Below, one piece after another: positions 29,356-39,532 of a stretch of DNA of 64,000 nt (the stretch's first letter is position 1; every line of letters begins with the position of its first letter). A program made the translations under genes and the position numbers. The notes beneath the pieces were generated by a model that was not told where the DNA came from, did not search any database, and saw only the letters and a program-made list of their open reading frames with translations. This stretch comes from a virus. Its lineage: Duplodnaviria > Caudoviricetes. The stretch lies in IMG/VR virus record IMGVR_UViG_3300005686_000039, positions 1,913-65,912 of that record; one strand, 5' to 3'.

Positions 29356-32300
29356 ATGGCTGACGAACTCGACGATCTGATCGACACCGAAGCGGCTCCG
29401 CTGGCCGCACCCGTGAAGGAAGCGGCGCAAGAGCCCGAGCCCCAAGACGACGGCGGCGATACGGCGGACGCTGCCGATCAGCTCGCGCGCGAGGCACCTG
29501 TCGCCAAGTTCGCGTCGTCCCGCCAGACCGCGCCGGACCCGGCGCCGGTGAAGACCGGCCCATCGGTGCAGCGCCAGATCATCGACCGCAACAAGGGCAA
29601 GTTCTCCTACTTCCTGGGCGAGGCGGAAGACGACAACCCGGCGGCGGCCGAGGCGGAGACCAACCGCCTGCTCATGACCGAGCGGTTCTTGAACGGTGGC
29701 ATGCGCGATGCCTACCTCAAGGGTGACGACAAGGCGCGCGAGAAGATCGTCAAGAACCTCGTCAAGGCCGAGGCGGCGGAGCAGGCGGGCGACCCCGGCT
29801 CGAAGGGCTACGCGGCCCGCCAGAAGGCGATCGAGGCGAAGCTGATGGCGCAGGCGGCCGGGCTCGCCGACCTCGCCGACTTCCAGCCCGAGAAGAAGGC
29901 GGACAAGAAAAAGAAGGACGACAAGGACGACGTTGGCCTCGTTCGTGAGTTGGGCGTCGGCGCGGCTACCGGCGTGGGCCAGGGGCTCGTGGGGCTCGTC
30001 GGCGTCAGTGGGACCGTGCTCGGGCTGCTGGGTGGCGACGAGACCGATCGGAACGTGGTTGGCCGTTTCGCCGATGGTATCCGCCGGTTCGCCGACGATG
30101 CGATTGCCGACCTCGACAAGGTCGCCGAGAACAACCGCTCGCAGGCCACGAAGGACCAGATGGCCGAGTGGGCGAAGATCAAAGAGGAAGGGAGCAACTA
30201 CGAGATCGCGAAGCAGGCGCTCAGCTCGCCTCGGATGTGGGCCAGCCAGGGCGCGAATATGCTCGGCATGCTCGTCCCCGGCCTCGGCGCGGCGGGCACC
30301 GCCGCGCGCATGATCGGTGCGATATCCAAGCTCGGCAAGGCTGCGGTCGCCGGCACGGGCGCGCTCGCGGCGGGCGGCTCCGTCGCCGAAGTCGACCTCG
30401 CCAAGTATGAGAAGTCGATCATCGAGCAGGGCGTCGAGAAGCACAAGGAGTACGTCGGCTGGCACGACACGAAGGCGCTGCTCGAAGCAGCGCGCGGCAA
30501 GGAAGTGCCCGACGAGGAAGTGTCGAAGGTGATGGCGCGTCAGATGCGCAACATCGCCAGCAAGTACGACTACGCCCTTTCCACCGCCGTGATGCTCGTC
30601 GGCCCGGTCAGCGTAGGCGGGCTCGGTCGCATGCTCGGGCGCGAAGCGGCAGAGGGCTACGCCGGTGGCATCGTCAAGCGCGCGGCCAAGGGCGGCGCGA
30701 CAGAAGCCGCGCAGGAAGTCGGCCAGCAGTACGGCAGCAACGTCGCCCGCGAGGCGACGCGGCGCAGCATGGAAGAGGGCGAGAAGGGCAACGAGCTGGC
30801 GTTCGCCCGCGAGGCGGCCACGTCGAAGGCCGCGTTCGACGACCTGATCGACAGCGCCATCATGGGCGGCCTCATGGGCGCCGGCGTGGGCGCGGCGCAG
30901 AAAGGTAAGGGCAAGCCGTCCAACGATCCGCAGCCTGCGGCTGCGGCGGTCGACGAGCTGGCGGCCGACTTCGACGCCAGTGTGACGGCAGGTGAGCGGC
31001 AGCGCCAGGCCGACATCGCTCGCGCAGCCCAGGACGGCTTGACGGAGGTGGACGCGGACGCTGCGCGCCGCGCCTACGCGCTCAACGAACTCGAAGCAGG
31101 CTCGCGGACTGCGCCGTTCGGTAGCCGGCCGGCCCCCACGCCGGAGTTCGGCAGCCAGCGCAACCCGCGCGCGATCGACGGCCTGGTCGAGCCAGAGGCC
31201 CCTGCGTTCACCCGCCGCCCGGTCAACGAGCTGGTTGCGATGCAGTCTCAGACGCGAGACAGCGCGTCGCGTATCGCCGCGCAGATCGCCAGCCGCCTGC
31301 CTGAGAACCCGACGCTGCGCGATGTCGAGCAGGCGCTTGGGCAGCGGTACGGGCAGACGGACCTCGCCGCGCCGGATGCGCAGACGGAAGTCCTGCGCGA
31401 TCAGGTCAACTCTCTAGTGTTCGACCAGATCTTCCGCCAGCGCCCGCGCGCCATAGACGCGGCTGACCCGAACCACGTCGTCAACACCTTGCCGCAGGAC
31501 CGGCTCGACGAGATCGCGGCGGGCGTCGCGGAGCAGCTTGCCGACCCTGGCCACCGCTTCGTGGAGAGCGTGGCCGGCGATACCGTCGCCGACGTGCTGA
31601 GCGCCGAGCTTCCAGACGCGCCAGCCGAGATGCGGGCCGAAGTAGCCGCCGGTGTGCAGGACGCCAAGGAGACAGGCGGCGTCGTCCGCGCGCCAAAGAA
31701 GCAGGCCAAGCAGCCGGACAAGTGGACGACGCGCAACATGACCGACCACCTGCTCGACGGCGCGCGGGATGTCGAGCTGGCCAACGAGATCGCCGAGATG
31801 GTGCCGACGCGCAAGAGCCCCAAGAAGGAGGCCGTGTGGGCTGCTGAGTTCAAGAGCGCGATGGAAGCCGCGAGCAAGGGGCAGATGACTGAGCGCCACC
31901 GGCTCGTCATCAAGGCCGACACCGCGCGCCGTCTGTCGCCGTCGCGTCTCGGCGTCATGACGCCGGCCATCTTCACCCGCTCGAAGGCGTCGGTTGGCGA
32001 CCGCCCGCGCTCGCACGTCAGCGCGCCGCGCGTCACGCAGATCGCCAGCGACTACATCAACGGGCCGTTCAAAGACCTGGGCCTCAACGCGATTGTTGTC
32101 CGTACGCACAGCGAAATCAATCCAGCGTTCGGCGACGTGCCGGCCAACGCTCGCGCGTTCGTCCACACCGACGTTGACGGGACTACCACAATCGGGCTCG
32201 TCGCCGACATGCTCGGCACCGAGGCGGACGTTCGCAAGGCGATCGAGCACGAAGTCGTCGGCCACTACAAGCTGGAGCGCGTGCTGGGCGAGAAAGGAAT

Positions 32301-35300
32301 GGACACGCTCGTCGACAAGGTGTTCGCTGGCATCGGCCGCGACCCGCAGTCGCGCGCCATGTGGGACGCGATCAAGGCGGACTATCCGGGCCTGAAAGTC
32401 GAAGACCAAGTGCTGGAGTTCATCGCCCGCGCCGCCGAGCAGCCGAAGGACACCAACGGCGGGAAGGTCTCGCTCAACGGCGTGAAGGACGCGCTCGTCG
32501 GCGCAGGCTACCGCACGACCGATGCCATGAGCCTAGCCGAGTTGAAGTCGCTGCTCGCCGAGGTGCGAGCAGTGCGCGACCCCGACTACAACAAGATCAA
32601 CGCGAAGGACTACGAGCTGCAGGCCCAGGAGCGGATCGTCAACCCGCGCGAGCAGCGCATCCGGCCGACGCGGCTTCGCAAGATGGAGCGCTACCTGTTC
32701 GATCGATCGATCGACATGCAGTTCATGTTCCGCGCGATGGGCGTCCTCAACCAGCGAGCGCATCGCATGTTCCTGGCGCTGCAGTCCGACAAGGACCGGG
32801 TCGTCAACGGCGAGATCATCGAGAACCACGTCAAGCCGCTACACGACGCGCTGTCGCGCATCGCCGAGAAGCACGGGCGCACGCTCGGCGAAGTCCACAA
32901 GATGGCCAACGATTGGGCGCAGGCGAAGCACGCGCCCGAGGTGAACGCGTGGCTGCGCGCCACGCAGGCCAAGCTCAAGAGCGACGCGCTCGCCAGCCAG
33001 CGCGAGGTGGTCATCAACAACGCGCTCAAAGGAACGATCGACCCGGCGCGTGCGCGTCAGATGCTCGACGCGATCGTCACCGATGCCAACGTCGACGCGG
33101 ACCAGCAGCTCGCCGCCGTCAAGTACGCCGGCATGACCAACGCCGAGGCCGCCGCGCTCATCGCCAAGATCCCCATCGCGGCCGATCTGGAAACGCTCGC
33201 CGGCCCCAACGGCGAGCTGACGCGCCTGCGCGACGTGACGAAGAAGTACGCCTTGTCGTCGGGCCACTACAATCGCGTGCTCACCGAGATGGCGGGCTAC
33301 GACAACTACGTCCCGAGGAAGGGCATCGAGTATGACGCGCGGGCCACGCGCCCGTGGCAGGACGACTTCTCGGCTATGAACGAAAGCCGGGGCGCGGCGG
33401 AGGGTCGCAAGCAGAAGGCCGAGTACGGCATAACGCAGCTCATGCTCGAAGGTCAGCTCATGGGCGCCCGCCACGTCAACCAGCGGTTCATGCGGGCCAT
33501 GACCGAAACCTTCGACCGGCCGGGCGGCGAGCGCTGGGGCAAGGTGAGCAAGCGCAGCGAGATCAGCTACGCGGGCGACAAGTTCAACTACCCGGAGCGC
33601 CCCAACCAGTTCATGCTCACCGACTTCGCAGTGAGCGACCCTGACACGGGCGCGACGCGCGTGCTCACCCTCAAGGACACCGGCGTCGCCGAGGTGCTGC
33701 AGAACACCTACAAGACGGACGACCCGGCGAACGCCGCGCTCCGTATGGTGGCCGCAGGGACGCGGTTCATGGGGCGGCTCTACACGTCCCTGTCGCCGTC
33801 CTTCATGGTGACGAACGTGATCCGTGACGTGCAGGGCGCGCTCGAAGCCATCGCCACCGAGGACGCCAAAGGCGACCCGTCGAAGCGTCGGAAGTTCAAC
33901 ACCGACCAGCTCAAGAACGTGAGCAAGGCGATGCTCGCGGCCTACACGTCGGGGGACATGCGCGAGCTGTTCATGGCGTCGGCGGGCGAGCGTGAGGTGA
34001 TCGTACAGCGGTGGAAGTCGCAGTCGGTCAACGACCTCTTGCCGAAGTACGACGGGGACCGCGAGGCCGCGCAGCGCGCGTTCGACATGCGCGCGGCTGC
34101 CGTAGAGTACGTCGAAGGGGGTGGCGTGATCGGCTTCGGGCGGTTCGTCGATCCTGCGAACACGTTCAGGGCGCTCAACGATCTGGAGGGTGGGCGCAAC
34201 GTCGTGTCGCGCGGCGTCGGCGTCACCACCGACTACATGGAGAGCATCGGCACGTTCCTCGACAACTCGCACCGCCTGGGCGTCTACATCGGCCTGACCG
34301 AGATGGGCGTGCCCGCCGACCGCGCGCTCGTCAAGGCGCGCACAACGTCGCTGGATTTCAACCAGCGCTCGGGAATGCACGACGGCATGAACAGCCAATG
34401 GCTGCAGGCGGCGTATATGTTCGTGCAGCCGTCGCTGACGGGTTTGCACTCCATGGTCACGCGGCGCGCGTGGCGCGGCGGCGAGATCCCTCTTGAAGTC
34501 GTCGACGGCCCCAACGGGCAGAAGTTCCAGCGGTTGAAGGCGGGCTGGGAGAAGGATCTGAACTGGCCGCTCGCCGCCTACCTCGCGGCGGTCGGGTTCG
34601 CAACGACCATGGCCGCGTCGCAGATGATGGGCACGGACGACGACGGGGAGGACCGGGCGAAGAAGCTCGCCACCGGCTCGTGGTTCCGCAACCACGTCAT
34701 CGCCGGCCCTGGCGACCGGCCGTTCCTGCTGCCCCAGCAGTACGGTATGCACCAGATCTTCTCGAACATCGGCACGATCATCGCGCTGCGCTCGCTGGGC
34801 TACGCCGACACGGGCGAGCTGGCGAAGGAGTACACCAACGTCGTGCTGCAGAACACGGTCCCTGGCGTGCGCGTGCAGGCGCCGGAGGGCAGCGACACGG
34901 TAGCCCGCTCGCTGCTGGCGGGCATAACTCCGTCGCTGCTGCAGCCGATCTCGCAGGTCGTGTGGAACCGCAACGCGTTCGGCCAGAAGGTCTACGACGA
35001 GCCGTTGCCGGGCAAGCCCAAGTTCGCGTCCGACATGGGTCGCAAGTCCACGCCGCAGGCGTTCTCGGAGATCGCGACGATGGTGCGCGAAGCCGGCGGC
35101 CCCGACTGGCAGCCGGAAATCTACGCCCATGGCGTCCAGCAGTTCGGTTGGGTCGGGTCCACGCTCGTCGAGATCGGCAAATGGGCGCAAGGCAACAGCG
35201 ACAAGACCCTGCTTGACGTGTCGAAGATCGGCGTCCGCCGTGATTTCTCGGCGGACGGCTACGAGGCCCGCCAGTACCGCAAGTTCCTCGAAGAGACCCA

Positions 35301-35658
35301 CGACCCGCTGGTCAAGGCGTGGGAGCGAGCGAAGCTACTCGACGCGGAAGATGGCGGGATGAAGCAGGCGAGGGGTAAGAAGCGGACCATCGGCCCGCGC
35401 GAGCAAGCATTCCTCGACGCCAACCCCGAGGCGCCGGCGGTCTTCAAGACCAAGCGCGCGTTCGACGAGGCGGGCGCGGTGATCAACCAGGCCGCGCAGC
35501 AGGCCAAATCCAAGGGCGACGGCGAGAAGGCGGCGGCGATCCGCGACGTGCGCAAGGGGCTCGTGAACGAGTTCCTGCTGCGGCAAAAAGAAGGGCGGCT
35601 CAACGGAGCCGCCCAGGACTTCGACAGATTTGTACGCGACAGGATCAGTGGTCTCTAA
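29356..35658 (+). CDS. Large internal virion/polyvalent protein, 2100 aa, LPD38-like C-terminus
   Basis: Last gene of the structural arm; HEVVGHY metallopeptidase-like motif; C-terminal LPQQYG...NRNAFGQKVY resembles LPD38. Confidence 0.7.
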   Translation: MADELDDLIDTEAAPLAAPVKEAAQEPEPQDDGGDTADAADQLAREAPVAKFASSRQTAPDPAPVKTGPSVQRQIIDRNKGKFSYFLGEAEDDNPAAAEAETNRLLMTERFLNGGMRDAYLKGDDKAREKIVKNLVKAEAAEQAGDPGSKGYAARQKAIEAKLMAQAAGLADLADFQPEKKADKKKKDDKDDVGLVRELGVGAATGVGQGLVGLVGVSGTVLGLLGGDETDRNVVGRFADGIRRFADDAIADLDKVAENNRSQATKDQMAEWAKIKEEGSNYEIAKQALSSPRMWASQGANMLGMLVPGLGAAGTAARMIGAISKLGKAAVAGTGALAAGGSVAEVDLAKYEKSIIEQGVEKHKEYVGWHDTKALLEAARGKEVPDEEVSKVMARQMRNIASKYDYALSTAVMLVGPVSVGGLGRMLGREAAEGYAGGIVKRAAKGGATEAAQEVGQQYGSNVAREATRRSMEEGEKGNELAFAREAATSKAAFDDLIDSAIMGGLMGAGVGAAQKGKGKPSNDPQPAAAAVDELAADFDASVTAGERQRQADIARAAQDGLTEVDADAARRAYALNELEAGSRTAPFGSRPAPTPEFGSQRNPRAIDGLVEPEAPAFTRRPVNELVAMQSQTRDSASRIAAQIASRLPENPTLRDVEQALGQRYGQTDLAAPDAQTEVLRDQVNSLVFDQIFRQRPRAIDAADPNHVVNTLPQDRLDEIAAGVAEQLADPGHRFVESVAGDTVADVLSAELPDAPAEMRAEVAAGVQDAKETGGVVRAPKKQAKQPDKWTTRNMTDHLLDGARDVELANEIAEMVPTRKSPKKEAVWAAEFKSAMEAASKGQMTERHRLVIKADTARRLSPSRLGVMTPAIFTRSKASVGDRPRSHVSAPRVTQIASDYINGPFKDLGLNAIVVRTHSEINPAFGDVPANARAFVHTDVDGTTTIGLVADMLGTEADVRKAIEHEVVGHYKLERVLGEKGMDTLVDKVFAGIGRDPQSRAMWDAIKADYPGLKVEDQVLEFIARAAEQPKDTNGGKVSLNGVKDALVGAGYRTTDAMSLAELKSLLAEVRAVRDPDYNKINAKDYELQAQERIVNPREQRIRPTRLRKMERYLFDRSIDMQFMFRAMGVLNQRAHRMFLALQSDKDRVVNGEIIENHVKPLHDALSRIAEKHGRTLGEVHKMANDWAQAKHAPEVNAWLRATQAKLKSDALASQREVVINNALKGTIDPARARQMLDAIVTDANVDADQQLAAVKYAGMTNAEAAALIAKIPIAADLETLAGPNGELTRLRDVTKKYALSSGHYNRVLTEMAGYDNYVPRKGIEYDARATRPWQDDFSAMNESRGAAEGRKQKAEYGITQLMLEGQLMGARHVNQRFMRAMTETFDRPGGERWGKVSKRSEISYAGDKFNYPERPNQFMLTDFAVSDPDTGATRVLTLKDTGVAEVLQNTYKTDDPANAALRMVAAGTRFMGRLYTSLSPSFMVTNVIRDVQGALEAIATEDAKGDPSKRRKFNTDQLKNVSKAMLAAYTSGDMRELFMASAGEREVIVQRWKSQSVNDLLPKYDGDREAAQRAFDMRAAAVEYVEGGGVIGFGRFVDPANTFRALNDLEGGRNVVSRGVGVTTDYMESIGTFLDNSHRLGVYIGLTEMGVPADRALVKARTTSLDFNQRSGMHDGMNSQWLQAAYMFVQPSLTGLHSMVTRRAWRGGEIPLEVVDGPNGQKFQRLKAGWEKDLNWPLAAYLAAVGFATTMAASQMMGTDDDGEDRAKKLATGSWFRNHVIAGPGDRPFLLPQQYGMHQIFSNIGTIIALRSLGYADTGELAKEYTNVVLQNTVPGVRVQAPEGSDTVARSLLAGITPSLLQPISQVVWNRNAFGQKVYDEPLPGKPKFASDMGRKSTPQAFSEIATMVREAGGPDWQPEIYAHGVQQFGWVGSTLVEIGKWAQGNSDKTLLDVSKIGVRRDFSADGYEARQYRKFLEETHDPLVKAWERAKLLDAEDGGMKQARGKKRTIGPREQAFLDANPEAPAVFKTKRAFDEAGAVINQAAQQAKSKGDGEKAAAIRDVRKGLVNEFLLRQKEGRLNGAAQDFDRFVRDRISGL

Positions 35659-36059
35659 GCGTCGGGCTCGGTGGGCAGGCTCTCCAGCGTCGAGGCGTGG
35701 TCGGGATCGTCGAACTCCAGATCGTCCGGCCACTCCAGCTCGGCCTCGGCGTCGAAGCCTGCGCTCGCCCACGCTTCCTGCATCGCGGTAGCCGCCTGGC
35801 CCTTCTCGCCATCCTGCCACTTCTCCGACTTTTCGCCGATCTCGTCGGTGAGGCGGCAGTCGATCTCTGCGGAGAACTCGTGGGCTTCGCTGACTGCTTC
35901 GTTGTAGAGTTCGTGCGCGGCCTCGACGACGGCCTTCAACGCTTGGACTTGTTCGTTGTAGTTGTCGACCGCGATCTGTAAATCTTGCGCCGCTGTCCGC
36001 AGTTTTTCGACGATCACGTCGCGTCGCTTCAACTCGTCCTTGCTCAGCTTGATGGCCAC
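35655..36059 (-). CDS. Acidic coiled-coil hypothetical protein
   Basis: GGAGG RBS; stop overlaps the convergent stop of the 2100-aa gene. Confidence 0.7.
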   Translation of the reverse strand: MAIKLSKDELKRRDVIVEKLRTAAQDLQIAVDNYNEQVQALKAVVEAAHELYNEAVSEAHEFSAEIDCRLTDEIGEKSEKWQDGEKGQAATAMQEAWASAGFDAEAELEWPDDLEFDDPDHASTLESLPTEPDA

Positions 36060-36060
36060 G

Positions 36061-36453
36061 TCAGTCCTCCAGGGTTGGTCTATCTTCGATCCACACTACG
36101 AACTCGACGACCGCGCCGACCTTGTCGGGGTGCGGTCGTTTCTCTATCGTCACGCCGCGTCGTACGATGTCGGCTAGGACAGCTTTCGGATTGAGGCGGT
36201 CGCGCAGGCAGTGCTTCTCGAAGGCCAGCCTCGGGATGAGCCAGTGGATCTCGTCGGGGTAGAAGAACGCGTAGGGCGTCTGACCGCTGATGAGCGTGGG
36301 GCCGCGCCGCCGGCCGTTCTCGATGATCACCGACCGGGCTGCGTGCTGGTTCAGATAGTCCTCGACGACTTGGAGCTTGGCGCTCGCCGCGCGCCGGGCC
36401 GCCTGCTCCGTATCGCGGAGCCCTTGGCCGATGCTGTCGAACAACGTGAACAT
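36061..36453 (-). CDS. Hypothetical protein, 130 aa
   Basis: GGAGG RBS. Confidence 0.65.
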   Translation of the reverse strand: MFTLFDSIGQGLRDTEQAARRAASAKLQVVEDYLNQHAARSVIIENGRRRGPTLISGQTPYAFFYPDEIHWLIPRLAFEKHCLRDRLNPKAVLADIVRRGVTIEKRPHPDKVGAVVEFVVWIEDRPTLED

Positions 36454-36469
36454 GACAACCTCCAGAAGT

Positions 36470-36498
36470 GAGGGGCGGCGTGGGCCACGCCGCCCCTC
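36470..36498. terminator. 13-bp stem hairpin
   Basis: GAGGGGCGGCGTG-GGC-CACGCCGCCCCTC, intergenic. Confidence 0.5.
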
Positions 36499-36506
36499 GT
36501 TGACGC

Positions 36507-37775
36507 TTACATCTGACCGAGGGCGTTCATCACGTCCTCATCGAAGTCACCCATCGGCTGGCTCGGGGTCTGCACGGGCGTCACCGCACGACCACGACCG
36601 AGGGTAGGCTTGGCGGCAGCGGGAGCCGCCTGCTGGGGAGGACGCGCGCCACCGAGACGGGGACGAGCCTGGGCCGCCTGCGCGGCGTTGGTCGTGGCGG
36701 CCTCCAGCGGATCCAGCACCTCACCCTCGATCGCCTCGGGAGCCGGCGCCGGAGCTGCCTGCTGCGCAGGAGCAGGACGAGCACCCGAGCGGAGCGACTT
36801 GGCCGGGGCCGCCGGGGCCGCCTGCGGAACCGGGCGCGCGGCAGGAGCCGCCGCAGCCTGCGCCGGAGCGCGTGCCGCCGGAGCCGCCTGGCGAGGCGCA
36901 GGAGCGGCAGCAGCCGCCGGGGCTACCTGGGTAGCCTGGTTCTGCTGGATCGCCGCGCTGAGCGAAGTCTGGCGCGGCGCCGGGGCCTCGGCCGCAGGGG
37001 CGTCGACCGCCGCACCGAACGCCTTCATGATCTTCGGCACCTCGGTGTCGATCTTCTCCAGCGCGTACGCCATCGAGTCCTCGTCGAGGTAGTCGCCCGG
37101 CGTGAAGATCAGCTTCGGCACCGACGAGCGGGGATCGAAGTGCAGCGTGGTGTAGATCTCGAACATATCCACGCCCTGCTTGGTGATGAACTGGCCGTAG
37201 TTCTTGAGGTTGAAGTAGCCCTCCTTCTTGCTGTCCTCGCCGAACAGCGACAGCGCCTTGATGTCGAGCGCGTAGACGCTCTCGGTCACGTCGCCGGGCA
37301 CCATGACCGCGAGGCGCTGCACGTAGGAGCAACCCTTGGCCTTGGAGTTGCCCGCCGTGTTCGAGCCCTTGACGTTCATCGGGCAGCCGGCGCAGGTGCC
37401 GCACTGCGGCTTCGGCGAGGCCGCCGAAGGGCGAACGCCGTCGTGCGAGAAGCAGGCCGGTGCGACGCCTTCCGCGTTGGGATCGTAGGCCCCCTCGTAG
37501 AACTGGCGGCCGACCGCCGGCTGCAGGCCGAGGATCACCACTTCGAGCTGGGCCAGCGGGGAGATCGCGACCGTCTCGCCGTCGACGATCTGGTTGAAGC
37601 GGTTGCCCTTGAGCGAGATGCGGTTGATCGAGTTGCCGCCACCGCCGCCCAGGCGAGCCGCCATCAACTCCTGACCCGACGCCTGGCGAGCGGCCATACG
37701 GGCGGCGATGTGCGCCGGAACGGGGCCGGAGAGCGCGTTGGCGCGAGACGGGAGTGTGAGTGCGTTAGAAGCCAT
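36507..37775 (-). CDS. Putative ssDNA-binding/annealing protein with Zn motif and long Ala/Pro tail
   Basis: RISLKGNRF, CFSHDG.RP...C..CP.N.KGS...C; acidic C-terminal tip; replication-module context. Confidence 0.55.
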   Translation of the reverse strand: MASNALTLPSRANALSGPVPAHIAARMAARQASGQELMAARLGGGGGNSINRISLKGNRFNQIVDGETVAISPLAQLEVVILGLQPAVGRQFYEGAYDPNAEGVAPACFSHDGVRPSAASPKPQCGTCAGCPMNVKGSNTAGNSKAKGCSYVQRLAVMVPGDVTESVYALDIKALSLFGEDSKKEGYFNLKNYGQFITKQGVDMFEIYTTLHFDPRSSVPKLIFTPGDYLDEDSMAYALEKIDTEVPKIMKAFGAAVDAPAAEAPAPRQTSLSAAIQQNQATQVAPAAAAAPAPRQAAPAARAPAQAAAAPAARPVPQAAPAAPAKSLRSGARPAPAQQAAPAPAPEAIEGEVLDPLEAATTNAAQAAQARPRLGGARPPQQAAPAAAKPTLGRGRAVTPVQTPSQPMGDFDEDVMNALGQM

Positions 37776-37839
37776 CTGTCTAGTCCTCATGGTTGTTTGA
37801 AGTCTCTGTGTACGCTACACAACTTGAACTGCCACTCGG

Positions 37840-38556
37840 TTACGCCTTCGAGCCGGGAGCCCGGAAACGAACAACGCGCTCCTGCAACATGGTGACGCCG
37901 GGCGGAAGCTCGCCGGTCTCGGCCTCCAAGTCCTTGACGGCCTGGGCGCCGAGGCGCCGCTGCAGCAGGTCGAAGCGCTCGTTCTCCGCGATGTACTTGT
38001 AGAGCGCCTGCCAGTCGCCGCACGTCGGCGTCTTTGATGTCTCAACATACGCCATACCGGCCGCAGTTTTCAACTGCGAAGTGCCGACCGCGTCCATGTG
38101 CTTGAGCATGGCGAACTCCAGCGCTTCCATCTTGGCCTTGAGATCCTTGTCGATCTCGTCGAACTCGGCCTTGAGCTGGGCGCGCTGCTCGCGGAGCGCG
38201 TGGTACGCGCCTATCGCCTTCTCGATCTTGTTGGCTGACTGCTCAGTCACGTCTATCCCCCGTTTTGGTTGAAGCTCTTCGACCCGCCGCTTTGCCGCCG
38301 CGCGACAGATCGTCGGTGTCTTGTCGGCCTGACCCAGGAAGCTCGTGCTCTCGAAGATCGACCGTTTACAGATCTTATCACGATGCTCGGTGCAAGGCAA
38401 ATCGTCCCACTCTCGCCGAAGCCTGGCAACCAGGCTATCCCACGCATCGTCGGTCATGAGCGACGTACCGAGAACTTCGTAGGCATAGCCGGCTTGCCAG
38501 TAGTAGGCGATCAGCCGATGACCCGAGAAAGTCGCGACATCGGCTGCGGTGATCAC
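37840..38556 (-). CDS. Two-domain protein: NAD-ligase-Ia-like N-terminus plus Gam-like coiled-coil C-terminus
   Basis: AYYW.A.YAYEV...LMTDDAWDSL resembles ligase subdomain Ia; possible second start GTG at 38250 after GGGGG. Confidence 0.5.
   Translation of the reverse strand: MITAADVATFSGHRLIAYYWQAGYAYEVLGTSLMTDDAWDSLVARLRREWDDLPCTEHRDKICKRSIFESTSFLGQADKTPTICRAAAKRRVEELQPKRGIDVTEQSANKIEKAIGAYHALREQRAQLKAEFDEIDKDLKAKMEALEFAMLKHMDAVGTSQLKTAAGMAYVETSKTPTCGDWQALYKYIAENERFDLLQRRLGAQAVKDLEAETGELPPGVTMLQERVVRFRAPGSKA
38236..38250. promoter_or_regulatory. Palindromic motif copy TGACTG-CT-CAGTCAC
   Basis: On the internal GTG start. Confidence 0.6.
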
Positions 38557-38870
38557 AGCAGCTTCTCGATGTGGTAGCGCGGCATCTCCAGCGAGAAGCC
38601 CTCACCACGCGGGTCGTCCTTGAGGATCGCGATGATGCTGCCGAACGTCAGCTTCGCGACGCCGGCGCACGTCTCGGTGAGCCACGGATACAGGGCGAGC
38701 ACCGTATCGGCGACCCACTTGGACGCTTCCTCGCGCGTGCCGAACACGCCGTTGGCCGTCTCGCCAGTCGCGGTCTTGATGTGCGCGCCGTACACTTCCA
38801 TCTTGATCGTGGAGATCGACAGGGACACGCTGTCGAACGGCGTCTCTTCGGCCGTGACGAACTCAGTCAT
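38553..38870 (-). CDS. Hypothetical protein (MTEFVTAEE...)
   Basis: AAGGAG RBS; start re-assigned. Confidence 0.6.
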   Translation of the reverse strand: MTEFVTAEETPFDSVSLSISTIKMEVYGAHIKTATGETANGVFGTREEASKWVADTVLALYPWLTETCAGVAKLTFGSIIAILKDDPRGEGFSLEMPRYHIEKLL

Positions 38871-39087
38871 TGGTAGTCTCCTTCGGTTTGTAGTACGCAA
38901 GGCACTTCTCGGGATCGTCGAAGAACGTGCAGCTCTCGACGAGTTTGTGTGTCGGCTCGAACGTGATGGCACTGTCGTCGAGCCAACGCAGCTTCGCGTG
39001 ATCCTCGTCGTTGAACCTCGCGAGGGCTTCGACCTGCACGACGTGCGTTCCGCCGTCGTCATCGAAGCATGTGTAGAGGCCGATCAT
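38863..39087 (-). CDS. Hypothetical protein, 74 aa
   Basis: GAGGGGG RBS, overlap-coupled. Confidence 0.55.
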   Translation of the reverse strand: MIGLYTCFDDDGGTHVVQVEALARFNDEDHAKLRWLDDSAITFEPTHKLVESCTFFDDPEKCLAYYKPKETTND

Positions 39088-39088
39088 G

Positions 39089-39532
39089 TCACAGCCCCCT
39101 CGTCGTCATGTGTGACTGCATGCCTGCGCGAACGCGGTCAATCACGTCGGCCACGTCGTTGCTGTATGCGCCGAACACGGGCGGAAGGAACGTGTCGGCG
39201 ATCCGCGATGCGTTGCCGGCGAGCGCGTGACCTACGAGCTGCACGATGATGTCGGTGACGGCCCGCTGCACGATCGCGTGCAGGTTCGCGTCGATCCATC
39301 TGCGCGCCTCGGTGATCACGTCGCTGCGCTGCCGAAGCTCGTTCGCGACGGTCGCGTCGAGCGCCTTGATCGTCTCCGAGTGCGTGATGTAGCCGGAGCG
39401 CGCGAAGAACCGTTCGACGATAGCCGGCCCGTTCGTGTCGAGCGCGGCCAGCACCGCGACGCGGTGCTTTTCGAGGATCGACGCTTCGATGATCGCGAAC
39501 ACCTCGTCGCGCTGTTCTTTGGTGAGGCTCAT
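39089..39532 (-). CDS. Hypothetical protein (MSLTKEQRDE...)
   Basis: AAGGAG RBS; ATGA overlap with the helicase stop. Confidence 0.6.
   Translation of the reverse strand: MSLTKEQRDEVFAIIEASILEKHRVAVLAALDTNGPAIVERFFARSGYITHSETIKALDATVANELRQRSDVITEARRWIDANLHAIVQRAVTDIIVQLVGHALAGNASRIADTFLPPVFGAYSNDVADVIDRVRAGMQSHMTTRGL

Noticed and set aside
32839-35301. 820-aa - strand ORF (likewise 4426-6450, 9015-10700, 11332-13308, 14935-16500, 24360-26435)
   Set aside because: Each lies opposite a motif-bearing + strand structural gene and has shadow-frame composition
29356-35658. Tape-measure protein or virion RNA polymerase
   Set aside because: No tail tube or sheath genes accompany it, and no DxDGD or T7-type polymerase motifs were recognised
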